Source: Candidatus Hydrogenedentota bacterium
GTDB taxonomy: Bacteria; Hydrogenedentota; Hydrogenedentia; Hydrogenedentales; SLHB01
Direction of reading: 5' to 3'
Length of the DNA: 64,000 bases
NCBI GenBank assembly: GCA_963745075.1
Contig: CAVUWV010000013.1
Coordinates: 1-64,000, forward strand
The notes below the pieces were generated by a model. The model was not told where the DNA came from. It worked only from the letters and a program-made list of their open reading frames with translations, and searched no databases. This document shows positions 33,916 through 45,300 of the stretch, piece after piece; within the stretch, counting starts at the first letter, position 1; every line of letters starts with the position of its first letter. Both the position numbers and the translations under genes were made by a program.

Positions 33916-35475
33916 CTACTTATTATCCACCGTCACGCCGGGCCAATCGTCCGTCCGGAAGGGGGACGCGGGGAGGCCGGCGCCGTTGTACAGGTTGCAA
34001 CGCGGGTTGTCGGCCCAGCCGTAGCGGACGGCAATGGGGTTCGCCACGTCGGGCGCCGACACGATGACGGAGTTGCCGTCAATCTTCGCGTCGGCCCAGT
34101 GGTAAATCTTGTCTTCACCGGCCACGGCGAACCCTTCGAGTTTGTCGCCATTGGCCATGAGACCGCCGTTGGCGTGGTCGAAGGTCAAACGGATGGCGTT
34201 GCCTTCCTTCTTCATCGAAGCCAGTTCGGGACCCGACCACACGGCGTCGTTCATGCCGTAGGCGACTTTCCACGCGGCCTGCGACAGACGGGCTCCGACG
34301 TCCTGCTTGTTCTTGGGATGGATGTCGTTGGCTTCGCCGATATCGATGATGACGGCTTCGCCGGTATTCTCCAGTCCCAGCGTCATGTGCTGGGCCTCAC
34401 GCAGTTCCGCCCACGCCGATCCGGCGTTGGCATCGGGATTGTACTTCATGAAGTTGGCGAGTTGGACGAACAGGAACGGGAACGGCCCCTCGCCCCAGTT
34501 GGCGCGCCAATCTTCGATCATCGCCGGGAACAGCGAGCGATACTGGTACGCGCGGCCCGCGTTCGATTCGCCCTGGTACCAGATGGCGCCGCGAATGCCA
34601 TAGGGGATCAGCGGCTGGATCATAGCGTTGTAGAGGGTCGCGGGACGATGGGGGTGGTCCGGTCCGATGGGAGGGTTCGGTTTTCCCTTAGGCTCGGGTT
34701 GGTTGTTGGCTTTGGCGTCGGCGGCCTTTTTCTGCCATTCTGCCAAGGCCTTGTCATAGTCGGCTTTCGCTTTCGGGTAGTCTTCAATAATCTTTTCCCA
34801 GCGATCCAGAATGGGTTGGAAATCGGGATTGGATTCGAGCTTCGGCATGCTCGTCCACGCCTCGGCCGGCGTACCGCCCCACGACGAATGAATCAGGCCA
34901 ATCGGAACGTCCAGCGTCTGGTAGAGGCGGCGCCCGAAGAAATACCCGACCGCCGAGAAGTCCGGAACGGTCTCCGGCGAACACGCAGACCACGAGCCCT
35001 CACATTCCGACAAGGGCACGTCTGAGGTTTTGCGCGTTACGGAGAACAACCGGATGTTGGGATAGTTCGCGTTCTTGATTTCCTCGTCCGCGTTGTTTGC
35101 GCCCCGTACGGAGAATTGCATGTTGGACTGGCCGGAACATACCCACACCTCGCCCACGAGGACGTCGCTGATGACCTTCTCGGTCTTGCCGGCCTGGATG
35201 GTGATGTCATATGGCCCGCCCGCGGTCAGCGCACCGAGGTCCACGCGCCAGTTTCCCTGTTCGTCCGAACGGGTGGTGATGCGATGGTCGCCCATGACGA
35301 CGCGCACCTTGGTATTCGGAGCGGTCTTGCCCCAGATGGGCGCAGGTCCGCCCTGTTGCAGGACCATGTGGTCGCCGATGACGGATGCCAGTGTAAGTTC
35401 GGGCTGGGCGCCGCCCATCCCGCTCGTGGCGCACCCGCATGCCACGACGCAGAGTGCGATCAGAAATCCCCTCAT
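33916..35475 (-). CDS. Sialate O-acetylesterase (SGNH/SASA family), secreted or lipoprotein
   Basis: VGEVWVCSGQSNM, WGGT, WYQGESN, DIHPKNK, GLPASPFRTD. Confidence 0.9.
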   Translation of the reverse strand: MRGFLIALCVVACGCATSGMGGAQPELTLASVIGDHMVLQQGGPAPIWGKTAPNTKVRVVMGDHRITTRSDEQGNWRVDLGALTAGGPYDITIQAGKTEKVISDVLVGEVWVCSGQSNMQFSVRGANNADEEIKNANYPNIRLFSVTRKTSDVPLSECEGSWSACSPETVPDFSAVGYFFGRRLYQTLDVPIGLIHSSWGGTPAEAWTSMPKLESNPDFQPILDRWEKIIEDYPKAKADYDKALAEWQKKAADAKANNQPEPKGKPNPPIGPDHPHRPATLYNAMIQPLIPYGIRGAIWYQGESNAGRAYQYRSLFPAMIEDWRANWGEGPFPFLFVQLANFMKYNPDANAGSAWAELREAQHMTLGLENTGEAVIIDIGEANDIHPKNKQDVGARLSQAAWKVAYGMNDAVWSGPELASMKKEGNAIRLTFDHANGGLMANGDKLEGFAVAGEDKIYHWADAKIDGNSVIVSAPDVANPIAVRYGWADNPRCNLYNGAGLPASPFRTDDWPGVTVDNK

Positions 35476-35687
35476 GATGCTCCCCTTTCGCAGTTGGTGA
35501 ACGATACGTGAACCAGCATTTAGCCATGAATCGGCGGGTTGGTCAAATCGGCGCTCGCGGTGTGCTGAGACAAGTGGGGAGGGCCGGGCCTACCGAAGGG
35601 TAGATAGGCCTTGTTTTCCAGGCCAAATCGTTGAATAATTAGGGCACTGGCTGTTTTTGGGTAACGACAGGACGGAGTACGATCCAG

Positions 35688-37586
35688 ATGCATCTACCGA
35701 CCGAGGCAGAATCCCGCACGCTGGCCGAAGAATCCCGGCAAACGAAATGGGATAACCCCAGTTTCTTAAGGGAGTTATTCCTGGGGAATTTCCGCCCCGA
35801 TCTGCTTCCGCCGTATCCGAGCGGGGAGTTTCGTCCCGAATTCGCGAAGCTTTACAAAGAGTTGAAGAGTTTTCTATCCGAAACGGTGGATCCCGTTGTC
35901 ATTGACGAGACAGGAGAGTATCCCAAGCATGTCTTGAACGGTCTCGCCCAGCGCGGCGCGTTCGGGTTGCTCGTGCCAAAAGAATATGGCGGCCATGGCA
36001 TCAGCAAAATCGAGTGGTGCCAACTCATGGAGCTGGTTGGCAGCTACGAGGGCAATCTGCTCGGTCTCTTGTCGCCGCACCAATCGGTGGGCGTGCCGGA
36101 AACGATCCAACAGTTTGGTACAGCCGAACAAAAAGCGAAATACCTGCCCCGGTGCGCGGCGGGGGAAATCTCCGCATTCGCATTGACGGAACGCAACGTC
36201 GGGTCGGACCCGGCCCGCTTGGAAACCACCGTCCGGCTTTCCCCAGACAAGGACGCCTACATCCTGAATGGCGTCAAGCTCTGGTGTACTAACGGTACCT
36301 TGGCGAAGTTGTTCATCGTCATGGCGCGGCACGTCGAAACGAAGAAGATCAGCGCGTTCGTAGTGGAAGCGGATAGCGAAGGCGTGACGGTCGAACACCG
36401 GTGCCGGTTTATGGGGCTGAAGGCCCTGGCAAACGGCGTCGTGCGCTTCAAGAACGTCCGCGTACCGAAAGAGAACGTCGTCGGGGGAGAGGGCAAAGGG
36501 CTGCGTGTAGCGCTTACCGTGTTGAATGTCGGCCGGCTTTCCGTCCCCGCGGGCGCGGTGGGCGCCGCGAAAAAGTGCCTCGAAATCAGCCGGCGCTGGG
36601 GAAACGAACGGGTCCAGTGGGGCAAACCCATCGGCAAACACGAGGCGGTCGCACACAAGATCGCGGACATGGCAGCGGGCGTCTATGCGATGGAGACTAT
36701 GCTCTACTCCGTAGCCCAAATGTGTGACTCGGAGACCTTCGACATTCGCCTGGAAACGGCGGCGGTCAAGGAATGGAACACCTGCCGCAGTTGGGAGATC
36801 ATCGACGACACGTTTCAGATTCGCGGCGGTCGCGGCTACGAAACCGAGCGTTCGTTGGCGGAACGTGGTGAAGAACCCGTTCCCGTCGAGCGCATGATGC
36901 GCGACGCTCGCATCACCCGAGTCTTCGAAGGGACCAGCGAGATCCTGCATCTGCTGATGGCCCGCGAAGCTGTCGACAAGCATCTCGAAGTGGCCGGAGT
37001 TTTGCTTCGCTCCGACCGGCCGGTGCGGGTCAAGCTCCGCGCATTCCCGAGAATTGCCGGATTCTATGCCAAGTGGTACGCGGCGCAGTGGTGCGACTGG
37101 GGGTTCTGGCCCCTATACGACGATTACGGCCGTCTGGGCACCCATCTTCGATTCATCCGGCGCAGCAGCCGCCGTCTCGCGCGCCAGGTTTTTCACGGGA
37201 TGGTGCTGTATCGTGGCCGGCTCGAAAAGAAACAGGCGTTCCTGTTTCGCCTGGTAGACATTGCCATGGAGTTGTTCGCCATGGCCGCGGCGTTGTCTCG
37301 TGTGAACGTCCGGGCGGAGCAGGGCCACCCGGATGCGGAGAAATCGTTCGAGCTGGCCGATGTGTTTTGCCGGTCGTCCCGCCGGAAAGTGAAACAACAG
37401 TTCCGCGAACTCTGGCACAACGATGACGATGCGAAGTATAAAGTAGCGCTCCAGACGCTGGCCGGCGAACATACGTGGGTCGAACGCGGTATCCTCGCCC
37501 ACGACGAGGCCGCGTTTCCGCAGTCACTTGTGAAGACCGAGCAGTCCGAGACGAGTTCTGTCGCGGAAACAATCGCCACTCTCTGA
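35688..37586 (+). CDS. Acyl-CoA dehydrogenase, long form with C-terminal extension
   Basis: AFALTE..GSD, GVKLWCTNG, RVQWGKPI, GGRGYE, VFEGTSEI (catalytic Glu). Confidence 0.92.
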   Translation: MHLPTEAESRTLAEESRQTKWDNPSFLRELFLGNFRPDLLPPYPSGEFRPEFAKLYKELKSFLSETVDPVVIDETGEYPKHVLNGLAQRGAFGLLVPKEYGGHGISKIEWCQLMELVGSYEGNLLGLLSPHQSVGVPETIQQFGTAEQKAKYLPRCAAGEISAFALTERNVGSDPARLETTVRLSPDKDAYILNGVKLWCTNGTLAKLFIVMARHVETKKISAFVVEADSEGVTVEHRCRFMGLKALANGVVRFKNVRVPKENVVGGEGKGLRVALTVLNVGRLSVPAGAVGAAKKCLEISRRWGNERVQWGKPIGKHEAVAHKIADMAAGVYAMETMLYSVAQMCDSETFDIRLETAAVKEWNTCRSWEIIDDTFQIRGGRGYETERSLAERGEEPVPVERMMRDARITRVFEGTSEILHLLMAREAVDKHLEVAGVLLRSDRPVRVKLRAFPRIAGFYAKWYAAQWCDWGFWPLYDDYGRLGTHLRFIRRSSRRLARQVFHGMVLYRGRLEKKQAFLFRLVDIAMELFAMAAALSRVNVRAEQGHPDAEKSFELADVFCRSSRRKVKQQFRELWHNDDDAKYKVALQTLAGEHTWVERGILAHDEAAFPQSLVKTEQSETSSVAETIATL

Positions 37587-37758
37587 CGCGCGTTCGTAGC
37601 CGTCCGTCCCACATCCGAATTCTCCACGTCGCGCGGACGTCCAGCGTGTCGGTGGTTGCTTGAATTCACCGGCGGGGTGACCGATACAATTCCTCTGCAA
37701 GGCGTGGTCCGATCTGGCCACTGTAATTGAAACGCAAACGAACCAGCGAGGCGGACGG

Positions 37759-38838
37759 ATGAAGACCTGGAGAATCGCGGGGATTAACTTCGATCACCTT
37801 CACATGGGCGACAATCTGCGGATGGCGCACGAGCACCCCTGGGTGGAGATTGTGGGGATCTGCCACGAGAATCACGAACGCATGAGGTCTGCAATTGATA
37901 ACTTTAGTATTCCGGACGGCCTTGTCTTCACAGATTATCGCGCGTGTATAACGGAAACAAAACCAGACATCACTCTACTCTGTCCGGCCACCGCTAAGCA
38001 TGGGGAGTGGACCGAAAAAGTCGCCCCCTTCGGCGTCCACATCATCATGGAAAAACCCTTTGCCGCATCACTGGCGGAGGCCGACCGGATGATCGCCGCG
38101 ATGGCGTCCACGGGAAAACAACTCGCCATCAATTGGCCGTTGGCGTGGTACCCGCCGCACCGGACGGCCAAGCGGCTGATTGACGAGGGAGCGGTCGGCG
38201 AGGTGCTGGAGGTTCACTACTACGATGGCAACCGCGGGCCCTTGTGGCATGTGGCGGACAAGGTCGAGACAACGCGCGAGGAAGTCGCGGCGGAGAAGCC
38301 CAATAGCTGGTTCTACAAGAAAGATTACGGCGGCGGGTCGTTGCTCGACTATCTAGGCTACGGCACGACCCTGGGCACGTGGTTTCAGAGGGGCCGCAAG
38401 CCCATCGAGGTGACGGCGGTGGTGGACGAACCTGTGGGGCTAGAGGTGGATGAACACAGCATCACCGTCGCGCGGTACGCGCATGGCCTGTCAAAGTTCG
38501 AAACGCGGTGGGGGACCTTTACGGATCCGTGGACCCACCAGCCGCAACCCAAGTGCGGCTTCGTCGTGAAGGGCACGGAAGGTACGATCGGCAGTTTCGA
38601 TTACGAGCAGACGATTCGTATCCAGTCCAGGGACTGTCCGGAGGGACGCGACATGCCGGTTGACGCCGTTGAACCGCCGTTCCAGAACCCGGTCCAGTAC
38701 CTGATTCATTGCATCGAGAACGACCTGCCGGTGGAAGGGCCGCTTTCGCCGGGGATTGCGCGCATCGGACAACAAATCGTCGACTCCGCTGTCCTGAGCG
38801 CGAAACAAAAGCGAACGTTGCCGTTGGTTGAGCGCTGA
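37759..38838 (+). CDS. Gfo/Idh/MocA-family oxidoreductase
   Basis: MEKPFA, GGGSLLDYLGY. Confidence 0.88.
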   Translation: MKTWRIAGINFDHLHMGDNLRMAHEHPWVEIVGICHENHERMRSAIDNFSIPDGLVFTDYRACITETKPDITLLCPATAKHGEWTEKVAPFGVHIIMEKPFAASLAEADRMIAAMASTGKQLAINWPLAWYPPHRTAKRLIDEGAVGEVLEVHYYDGNRGPLWHVADKVETTREEVAAEKPNSWFYKKDYGGGSLLDYLGYGTTLGTWFQRGRKPIEVTAVVDEPVGLEVDEHSITVARYAHGLSKFETRWGTFTDPWTHQPQPKCGFVVKGTEGTIGSFDYEQTIRIQSRDCPEGRDMPVDAVEPPFQNPVQYLIHCIENDLPVEGPLSPGIARIGQQIVDSAVLSAKQKRTLPLVER

Positions 38839-38868
38839 GGTTCGCAAAACTGACTTGGAGATTTCCCC

Positions 38869-39978
38869 ATGTCCGACAACCGGGAATGCCGATCCGAGGA
38901 GGTGCCCGTTATCGCGGCGCCGGAATTGCCGTATTTGCCCAGCGATCCTACGAGCTATCGCCCGCGAATTGGCCTGATAGGGTGCGGTGGAATCTCGCCC
39001 TATCACCTGGCCGCGTACAAGAAGGCGGGATATACCGTCGCCGCACTTTGCGATATCGATAAAAAGCGGGCCGAGGCGCGACGTGACGAGTTCTTTCCGG
39101 ACGCGCAGGTGCACCTTGACTATGAAGACGTGTTTCGCCGCGACGATATCGAGGTAGTCGACGTCGCCACCCACACGGCCGAACGGGCGCCCATGATCGA
39201 ATCGGCCATCGTGGCGAACAAACATGTGCTGAGCCAAAAGCCTTTTGTTACCGACCTGGAGCATGGCCGGATGCTGGGCGATCTTGCCGACGCGCAGGGG
39301 GTGCGGCTTGCCGTGAATCAGAACGGACGCTGGGCGCCGCATTTCAGTTACATGCGCGCGGCCATCGAACAGGGCCTCATCGGCGCCGTTGCGGCAGCCC
39401 ATCTTGCCGTGCATTGGGATCATAATTGGACGGCAGATACGCCGTTCAACAAGATGCGGCACTTGATTCTCTTCGATTTCGCCGTGCATTGGTTCGATAT
39501 CGTCACGTGTTTTATGGGCGAACAGCAGCCGACGCGCGTTTACGCGTCCATGCGGCGTTCGCCGTCTCAGAAGGCAGCCCCGGCATTGTTGGCCCAAGTA
39601 CACATCGAGTATCCGGAGGCGCAGGCGTCGCTGGTGTTCGATGCGGATACCCATTGCGGCGCGTTCGACGAAAGCTGCGTTATCGGCGACCAGGGAACAT
39701 TGCGCAGTTTCGGTCCGGACTTGAATACGCAAACGGTCACGTTCTCGACGGAGGAAGGCCGGGGCACTCCGACGCTCGAAGGGGATTGGTTTAGCAACGG
39801 TTTTCACGGCACTATGGCCGAGTTGCTGTGTGCCATTGAAGAGAATCGCGAGCCCTACAACAGCGCTCGCCACAATTTACGTTCTCTGGCGTTATGCTTT
39901 GCCGCGATTGCGTCCGCCGAAAGCGGACGGCCCGAGACTCCTGGAGAGGTTCGGCGGGTACCCGACACGGCGTTGTAG
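38869..39978 (+). CDS. Gfo/Idh/MocA-family oxidoreductase
   Basis: IGLIGCGGI, HVLSQKP, VNQNGRW, DFAVHWFD. Confidence 0.88.
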   Translation: MSDNRECRSEEVPVIAAPELPYLPSDPTSYRPRIGLIGCGGISPYHLAAYKKAGYTVAALCDIDKKRAEARRDEFFPDAQVHLDYEDVFRRDDIEVVDVATHTAERAPMIESAIVANKHVLSQKPFVTDLEHGRMLGDLADAQGVRLAVNQNGRWAPHFSYMRAAIEQGLIGAVAAAHLAVHWDHNWTADTPFNKMRHLILFDFAVHWFDIVTCFMGEQQPTRVYASMRRSPSQKAAPALLAQVHIEYPEAQASLVFDADTHCGAFDESCVIGDQGTLRSFGPDLNTQTVTFSTEEGRGTPTLEGDWFSNGFHGTMAELLCAIEENREPYNSARHNLRSLALCFAAIASAESGRPETPGEVRRVPDTAL

Positions 39979-40197
39979 AACTTCTTTCGATTGCGCCCGC
40001 GATTAAGCCCTTCGGTACAGCAACGCATGCCGACCGTTCCTTCGTTCCCATTCCCGTCGCAACCTTTTGGCCTGTGCAGGTATTCATTGGGCAAGCAACA
40101 TCTTGACGATGAATACTTTCTTCGGTATGTCGTCAAAGTTTGGTGAACCGATAAAGCCCAAGTCGATCAATTGAAGTCAGCACACGCGCTGGAAGAT

Positions 40198-40284
40198 ATG
40201 GAATCCATCAGTCTGAAACAGATGCTGTTTTTCGTTGTACTGTTGGTGTGTCTGGCGCTCTGGTACGCGGTTCTTCACAGGTGA
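40198..40284 (+). CDS. 28-aa single-TM microprotein MESISLKQMLFFVVLLVCLALWYAVLHR
   Basis: Translated by hand (below the ORF-track cutoff); hydrophobic core; paralogous to the next sORF. Confidence 0.6.
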   Translation: MESISLKQMLFFVVLLVCLALWYAVLHR

Positions 40285-40310
40285 ATCCAAGCGGAAAGGG
40301 AGAAAGCACG

Positions 40311-40394
40311 ATGGATTGGATCAGTCCCAAGCACCTTATCTTCTTTGCCGCGTTATTCATGTGCCTGATGGTGATGCACACCGTTACCCACTGA
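40311..40394 (+). CDS. 27-aa single-TM microprotein MDWISPKHLIFFAALFMCLMVMHTVTH
   Basis: AAGGGAGA Shine-Dalgarno upstream; 11/27 ungapped identities with the preceding sORF. Confidence 0.62.
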   Translation: MDWISPKHLIFFAALFMCLMVMHTVTH

Positions 40395-40460
40395 TGGCCC
40401 AACGCCAACGTGTGACTCGCCCGCACTGGCGTTGACCCGCGAGTCCAATTCCTGAAAACG

Positions 40461-40489
40461 TTGACAGCGCCGTCCAGTACCCCTACACT
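40461..40489 (+). promoter_or_regulatory. Sigma70 promoter for the PPIase gene
   Basis: TTGACA-N17-TACACT. Confidence 0.7.
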
Positions 40490-40629
40490 ACGTGTAAACG
40501 GCGTTTTTCCTCGATTCGTGCGATCCGTCGCGCGCCATTGGTTAATCGCTAAACAAATCGGCTGTTTTCCGTGGTTTCTGTGCAATCGCGGCTGCGCAGT
40601 TCTGGACTACCTGACAAAGGAGGTGCCTT

Positions 40630-41061
40630 ATGGCAGATGCGAAAGTAGGAGATACCGTGAAGGTCCACTATACGGGCAAATTGGAAGATGGGACCGTTTT
40701 CGACACGTCGTCGGATCGCGATCCCATTCAATTCACCATTGGTGAAGGCAACATCATCCCCGGTTTCGAGAGCGCTGTCGTCGGCATGGCTCCGGGCCAG
40801 TCGAAAACCGAGACGATTCCGTGCGCGGAAGCCTATGGACCGCGGCATGACGAGATGATTCAATCCGTCGAGCGCACCGCGATTCCGGCTGATATCGAAG
40901 TGACGGAAGGGCAGCGCCTCCAGGTCTCTCAACCGGACGGGCAGGCCATGGTCGTTACGGTGACGGAAGTCAAAGAGGACAGTGTGACGTTGGACGGCAA
41001 TCATATGCTTGCCGGCAAAGATCTGGTGTTCGATATCGAGTTGGTCGAAATCGCATCCTAA
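40630..41061 (+). CDS. slyD: FKBP-type peptidyl-prolyl isomerase (SlyD/SlpA-like, no His-rich tail)
   Basis: VKVHYTGKLEDGTVFD, IIPGFE, EAYG, DGNHMLAGK; AAGGAGG SD. Confidence 0.88.
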   Translation: MADAKVGDTVKVHYTGKLEDGTVFDTSSDRDPIQFTIGEGNIIPGFESAVVGMAPGQSKTETIPCAEAYGPRHDEMIQSVERTAIPADIEVTEGQRLQVSQPDGQAMVVTVTEVKEDSVTLDGNHMLAGKDLVFDIELVEIAS

Positions 41062-41085
41062 AGGATGGCGCAAACGTACTCCCTG

Positions 41086-41113
41086 GGGCGCGGTTCATGC
41101 CGCGCCCTTTGAT
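41086..41113 (+). terminator. Intrinsic terminator after the PPIase gene
   Basis: GGGCGCGG-ttcatg-CCGCGCCC followed by TTT. Confidence 0.55.
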
Positions 41114-41157
41114 TTAACAGTCCGGTATCTGAATCGTGTTGAAGAGCACATCCGTGT

Positions 41158-42294
41158 TCAAGTTGGACCTCGTGATCTTCCGGCGTTTGCGGCTTCTTGC
41201 AGGAGATCGAGATATTGGGTCGCGATCGTGTCCCAGGTATATCGGTCCAATACACGCTGCCGCGCACGTGCGCCCCACTCCGAACATTGCGCGTCCGATT
41301 CGAGCAGCGGGCCAAGGACTTCACGAAGGCCTGCCACATCGCCGGGCGTTACCGTGAACCCGGCGTCTCCGATGGTTTCCGCGCACCCAGTGTCGTTGGA
41401 CGTGACCACCGCCGCCCCCGCCAGCATGGCTTCCAGGAGCGCCACCGAAGCGTTTTCCCGTTCGGATGGGAGACAGAAGATGGCGGCACTCTCGTAAAGC
41501 TCCCGAAGTTCGCGGGAGCTATGATCGACCCAGCCATGGAACACAACGTTCATTTCCAGGCGCGCTGCGAGGGTCTCGAGTTCACCTCGGAGGGGTCCGT
41601 CTCCGGCGATGTGGACTTCAACGTCCGAGTGCACGCCTTCCAGCGCGCGCAACACGTGCTGAAAACCTTTTCGCGGGAGCAACCGGCCCGCCATGAGAAG
41701 CCGTCTCCGCTTGGGCCCAGCCACGAGATGTGCCTCGCCAATGCCATTGGGAATGTGCCGGTACGATCCGGGGCCAATGGCGTGCTCGGCCAGATCCTGG
41801 AGATAGCGCGACGGCGTCACGACCGCATGCGCGTTACGGGCGATGGCGCGTAGAAGGGGACCGGTAACGCGATGCTCCGAGGTGAACCGGTCGGGGTTGA
41901 AACCCGGTACGTCTGACCCATGGGCCGTGATGACGTACGGAATGCGAGCGACGCGCGTAGCGGCCCACGCGAGGAGCCCCGTGGGAATGATGAAATGGCA
42001 ATGGATTGCGTCGATGCCGCGATTGCGCAACCGGCTGACCGTGCGCGGAAAGGCAGAAAGCACGTAGCTCAGCATCTCCGGCGTTTCGCAGGTTTCCATG
42101 CGTTTGCGGAGGGCGGGGACGCGCGTGATCGTAACGCCGTTTTGCGTCTCCCGTCGCGGCAGGTCGCCGAATGCCATGGTAACGACCTCGACCGAATGGC
42201 CGCGCCGCGCATATTCCTCGCTGAGTTGTTGGCATACCGGGCCGGCGCCGCCGCCCAACGGGGGATACTCGTAGTTCAACACCAGGAAGTTCAC
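41158..42294 (-). CDS. Glycosyltransferase family 4
   Basis: NYEYPPLGGG, TAHGSD, GRLLPRKG, E-x7-E motif (ENASVALLEAM); GTG start at 42294 with GGAG upstream. Confidence 0.9.
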   Translation of the reverse strand: MNFLVLNYEYPPLGGGAGPVCQQLSEEYARRGHSVEVVTMAFGDLPRRETQNGVTITRVPALRKRMETCETPEMLSYVLSAFPRTVSRLRNRGIDAIHCHFIIPTGLLAWAATRVARIPYVITAHGSDVPGFNPDRFTSEHRVTGPLLRAIARNAHAVVTPSRYLQDLAEHAIGPGSYRHIPNGIGEAHLVAGPKRRRLLMAGRLLPRKGFQHVLRALEGVHSDVEVHIAGDGPLRGELETLAARLEMNVVFHGWVDHSSRELRELYESAAIFCLPSERENASVALLEAMLAGAAVVTSNDTGCAETIGDAGFTVTPGDVAGLREVLGPLLESDAQCSEWGARARQRVLDRYTWDTIATQYLDLLQEAANAGRSRGPT

Positions 42295-42323
42295 GTTCCC
42301 CGCTCCGCATGACGCGTGGCCGG

Positions 42324-45300
42324 CTATTTGGGTCCGCTTAGCCCGTTCAGAACACGCCTGAACAACGTGTTGTTCCTTGCGCCCCCCGGCCGAACCGGAA
42401 GTCCTTCCGGAACGTGCCAATTTGCCGCCATTCCCTGCAATTCTTGAATCACACTGCGATAATCCAGCCAGCCGTACCCGCCGCAACCGAGTAAATGCCA
42501 GAAGCGGCCCAACTCGCTGTCTTCCCACTTGGGCGTCCCGCGCCGCGTAAGGGCACGGCGAATCCGTCGTTGGCTCGCGGAACCGCCCTCGGGAGCGTTC
42601 GCGGCGTATGGGGTATGGAGCACCAGGAATTGTTCGACAAGCGGCGCTACGCCCGGATCCCACGGAATCGGTGTGCGATCTTCCAGTTCCCAGTCCATCG
42701 TCCACAGCCGGACGATGCCATCCTTGCAGATCGACGCGGCAAAACGGCCGTCGAGACTTAGCCGCACGGCTTCGATGGTTTCGTTGTGTCCTTCAAACGA
42801 GTGTACCTGCTCGCCGGTCTCGATATTCCACAACCGCAACGTCATATCGCGGCTCGCAGACATGAGGTACCGGTTGTCCGCGCTGATGGAGAGTGACTGG
42901 ACGGTGTCGCCGTGGCCGTCAAAGGATCGCACGTTTTTCCCGGTGGACAGGTCCCAAAGCTTTACTTCACCCGAGCGGCCCCACATGGTGCCGCTGCCGG
43001 AACAGGCATAGAGACCGTCGAGACTGAACGCGACACAGCGGACCGGTTGTGTATGCCCTTTCATGGTCGCCAAGCATTTACCGGAGCTTAACTCCCAGAC
43101 CTGGAGGATCTTATCCTCGCCCGCAGAGAGCAGAAGGCGTTCATCCGGGCTCCATCGGACGACATTGACGTCGGCGCTGTGCCCGACGAAGGTTCCCATA
43201 CACCGCCCGGTCGCCACGTCCCAGATTCGGACGGCGCGTCCGCTTGCCGAAACGGCATATCGAATATCTGAGGTGAGATCGACCGAGTTGACCATTTCGG
43301 GTTGCCGTTCAAACGTCTGGAGGAGTTTTCCGCGGGTTGCGTCCCAGAGTTTGATATCCCATCCGCCCGTCAGCGCACGCGTGCCGTCATCGCTAAGACA
43401 GACGCTTACGACGGAACCGGCCTCGCGATCGAACGCGCATACGGTCGTTGCGCGGGAAACATCGTGAAGTGACAACGCATTTTCTTCATTCGCAACCAAC
43501 GCGTGCCGGGCGTTGGGGGTGACATAGGCAATCTTCACCGATCCGGTTTGGTGGGTCAGGCCGGTTTCTTCCCAGGCCCCTTGGAACTTCACACGCGGCA
43601 GGCGCGTATAGAGCGAACGCCACTCGTGCATAGCTTCGGGTGTGCGGCGGTGGCCCGGTTGGGACCGCGCCGTCCGCAAGTGTTTCGCCGCATCCAGAAA
43701 TTTACCGTGCGCGATCGCAGACTGCGCGTGGTGTAACGTTTCATCGAAGGCGCGGCTCGTGGATAGCGCCACCTCACTCGCGACGGCTTGGCAGATGAGC
43801 GTGGGGGCCACGATCGGCTGCGCGACTTCAGCCGTCCGCCAAAGGCGAACGGATGTATCCTCGCCGCCGGAAACGACGAATTGCCGGTCGGCGGCCATGG
43901 CGATTGCAGTGACGGCCCCCTCGTGTCCGGTGAAAGTATTCAGGCACCTTCCGGTGGTCGTTTCCCAGAAACGGACCGTTCGATCGCGGCTTCCGGAAAC
44001 GGCATATTGACCGTCGTCGCTGATGGCCGCCCCCAAAACCGGGCCCTGGTGTCCGGAACACGTGGCGAGACATTCGCCTGCGGCGGGATGCCAGAGTTTA
44101 AGCGATCCGTCCCGGCTGGCGGAGAGGGCAAAGCGTCCGTCTCGACTGAGTGTCAATGAGACGATGGCGCCGCCGTGCGCGTCGATCGCGTGGGTGCAGC
44201 GGTGTCCCGCCACGTCCCAGACGCGGATCGTGCCATCCTGATCGCCCGATATCGCGAGCAGCCCGGCGGTGTCAACGGCCAACGCAGTGACCGGTCCCCG
44301 ATGTTCCTCGAAGGTATCCACACAGGTGCCCGCTTCGATGTCCCAGACTCGGATGGTACCGTCCGAACTTGCGGACATCGCCTTTCGATCGTCGGCCACG
44401 ATGGCCGCCGCTTCAATCGAGTCGCGATGCCCTTCGAGTGTCTGAATGCATTCGCCGGTGGCAACGTCCCAGAGCCGAACGGTTCGATCCCGGCTACCGG
44501 ACAAGACGAGCGTGCCATCGGGATTGAACGCGACGCAGGTCACCGAGTTCTGGTGGCCCTCGAACGAGTTGGCGCATGCACCGGAGTTCGCGTCCCACAA
44601 TTTGAGCGTGTTATCCGCGCTCCCCGTAAGAACCCGGCTGCCGTCGCGACTGACCGCCGCCGCATTCACGGTATCTTGATGGCCTTCCAACGTTCGCATC
44701 ATGGACCGCGTTTGTGCGGAGTACTGGTTGGCGAGTGTCAGCATCGCGCCAATTTCTTTGCGCTCCTTCGCCAGGGGCTCGACGTGCTTCAACGTTTTTT
44801 GCGCCGCAGCAAAATCGCCGTGTTCCATATGAGCCAACGCCAGGGTGTAATAGGGGAGCCCATCCCCCGGGTGAAATTTCACAATCTCGTGAAGCCGCGA
44901 GAGCACTGCGTCGTCGGTCATCCGGCCCGCGCGCCAGCGTTCCATGCAGAGATTGTAGGTAGATTCCGGATGATGGGGATCGGTCGTGAGGGCCCGTTCC
45001 CAGGCGTGCTCCGCGGCAGTGATCTTGCTCAAGTCGAGCAACGATACGCCGCGGTTGTTCAGGCTGTCCGCGAGCGCCTTCGCGGGTTTGGGCCGCCGGC
45101 GGGGATAGTCCGTAGCCGAAACCTGCCGGTACGCTTCCTCCATGGTGGCTGCCACTTCGTTCATGTCTTTCGGTCGCGCTTCGGGATCGATCTGAAAACA
45201 TTGGCGTAAAAGGTTCGCGATGACCGGAGGCATGGGGAGGAGGCGCTCATTCGTCTCGATCTGCCGTAGAAAGCGTTGCAACAACTCCGGGCCTTCCGTA

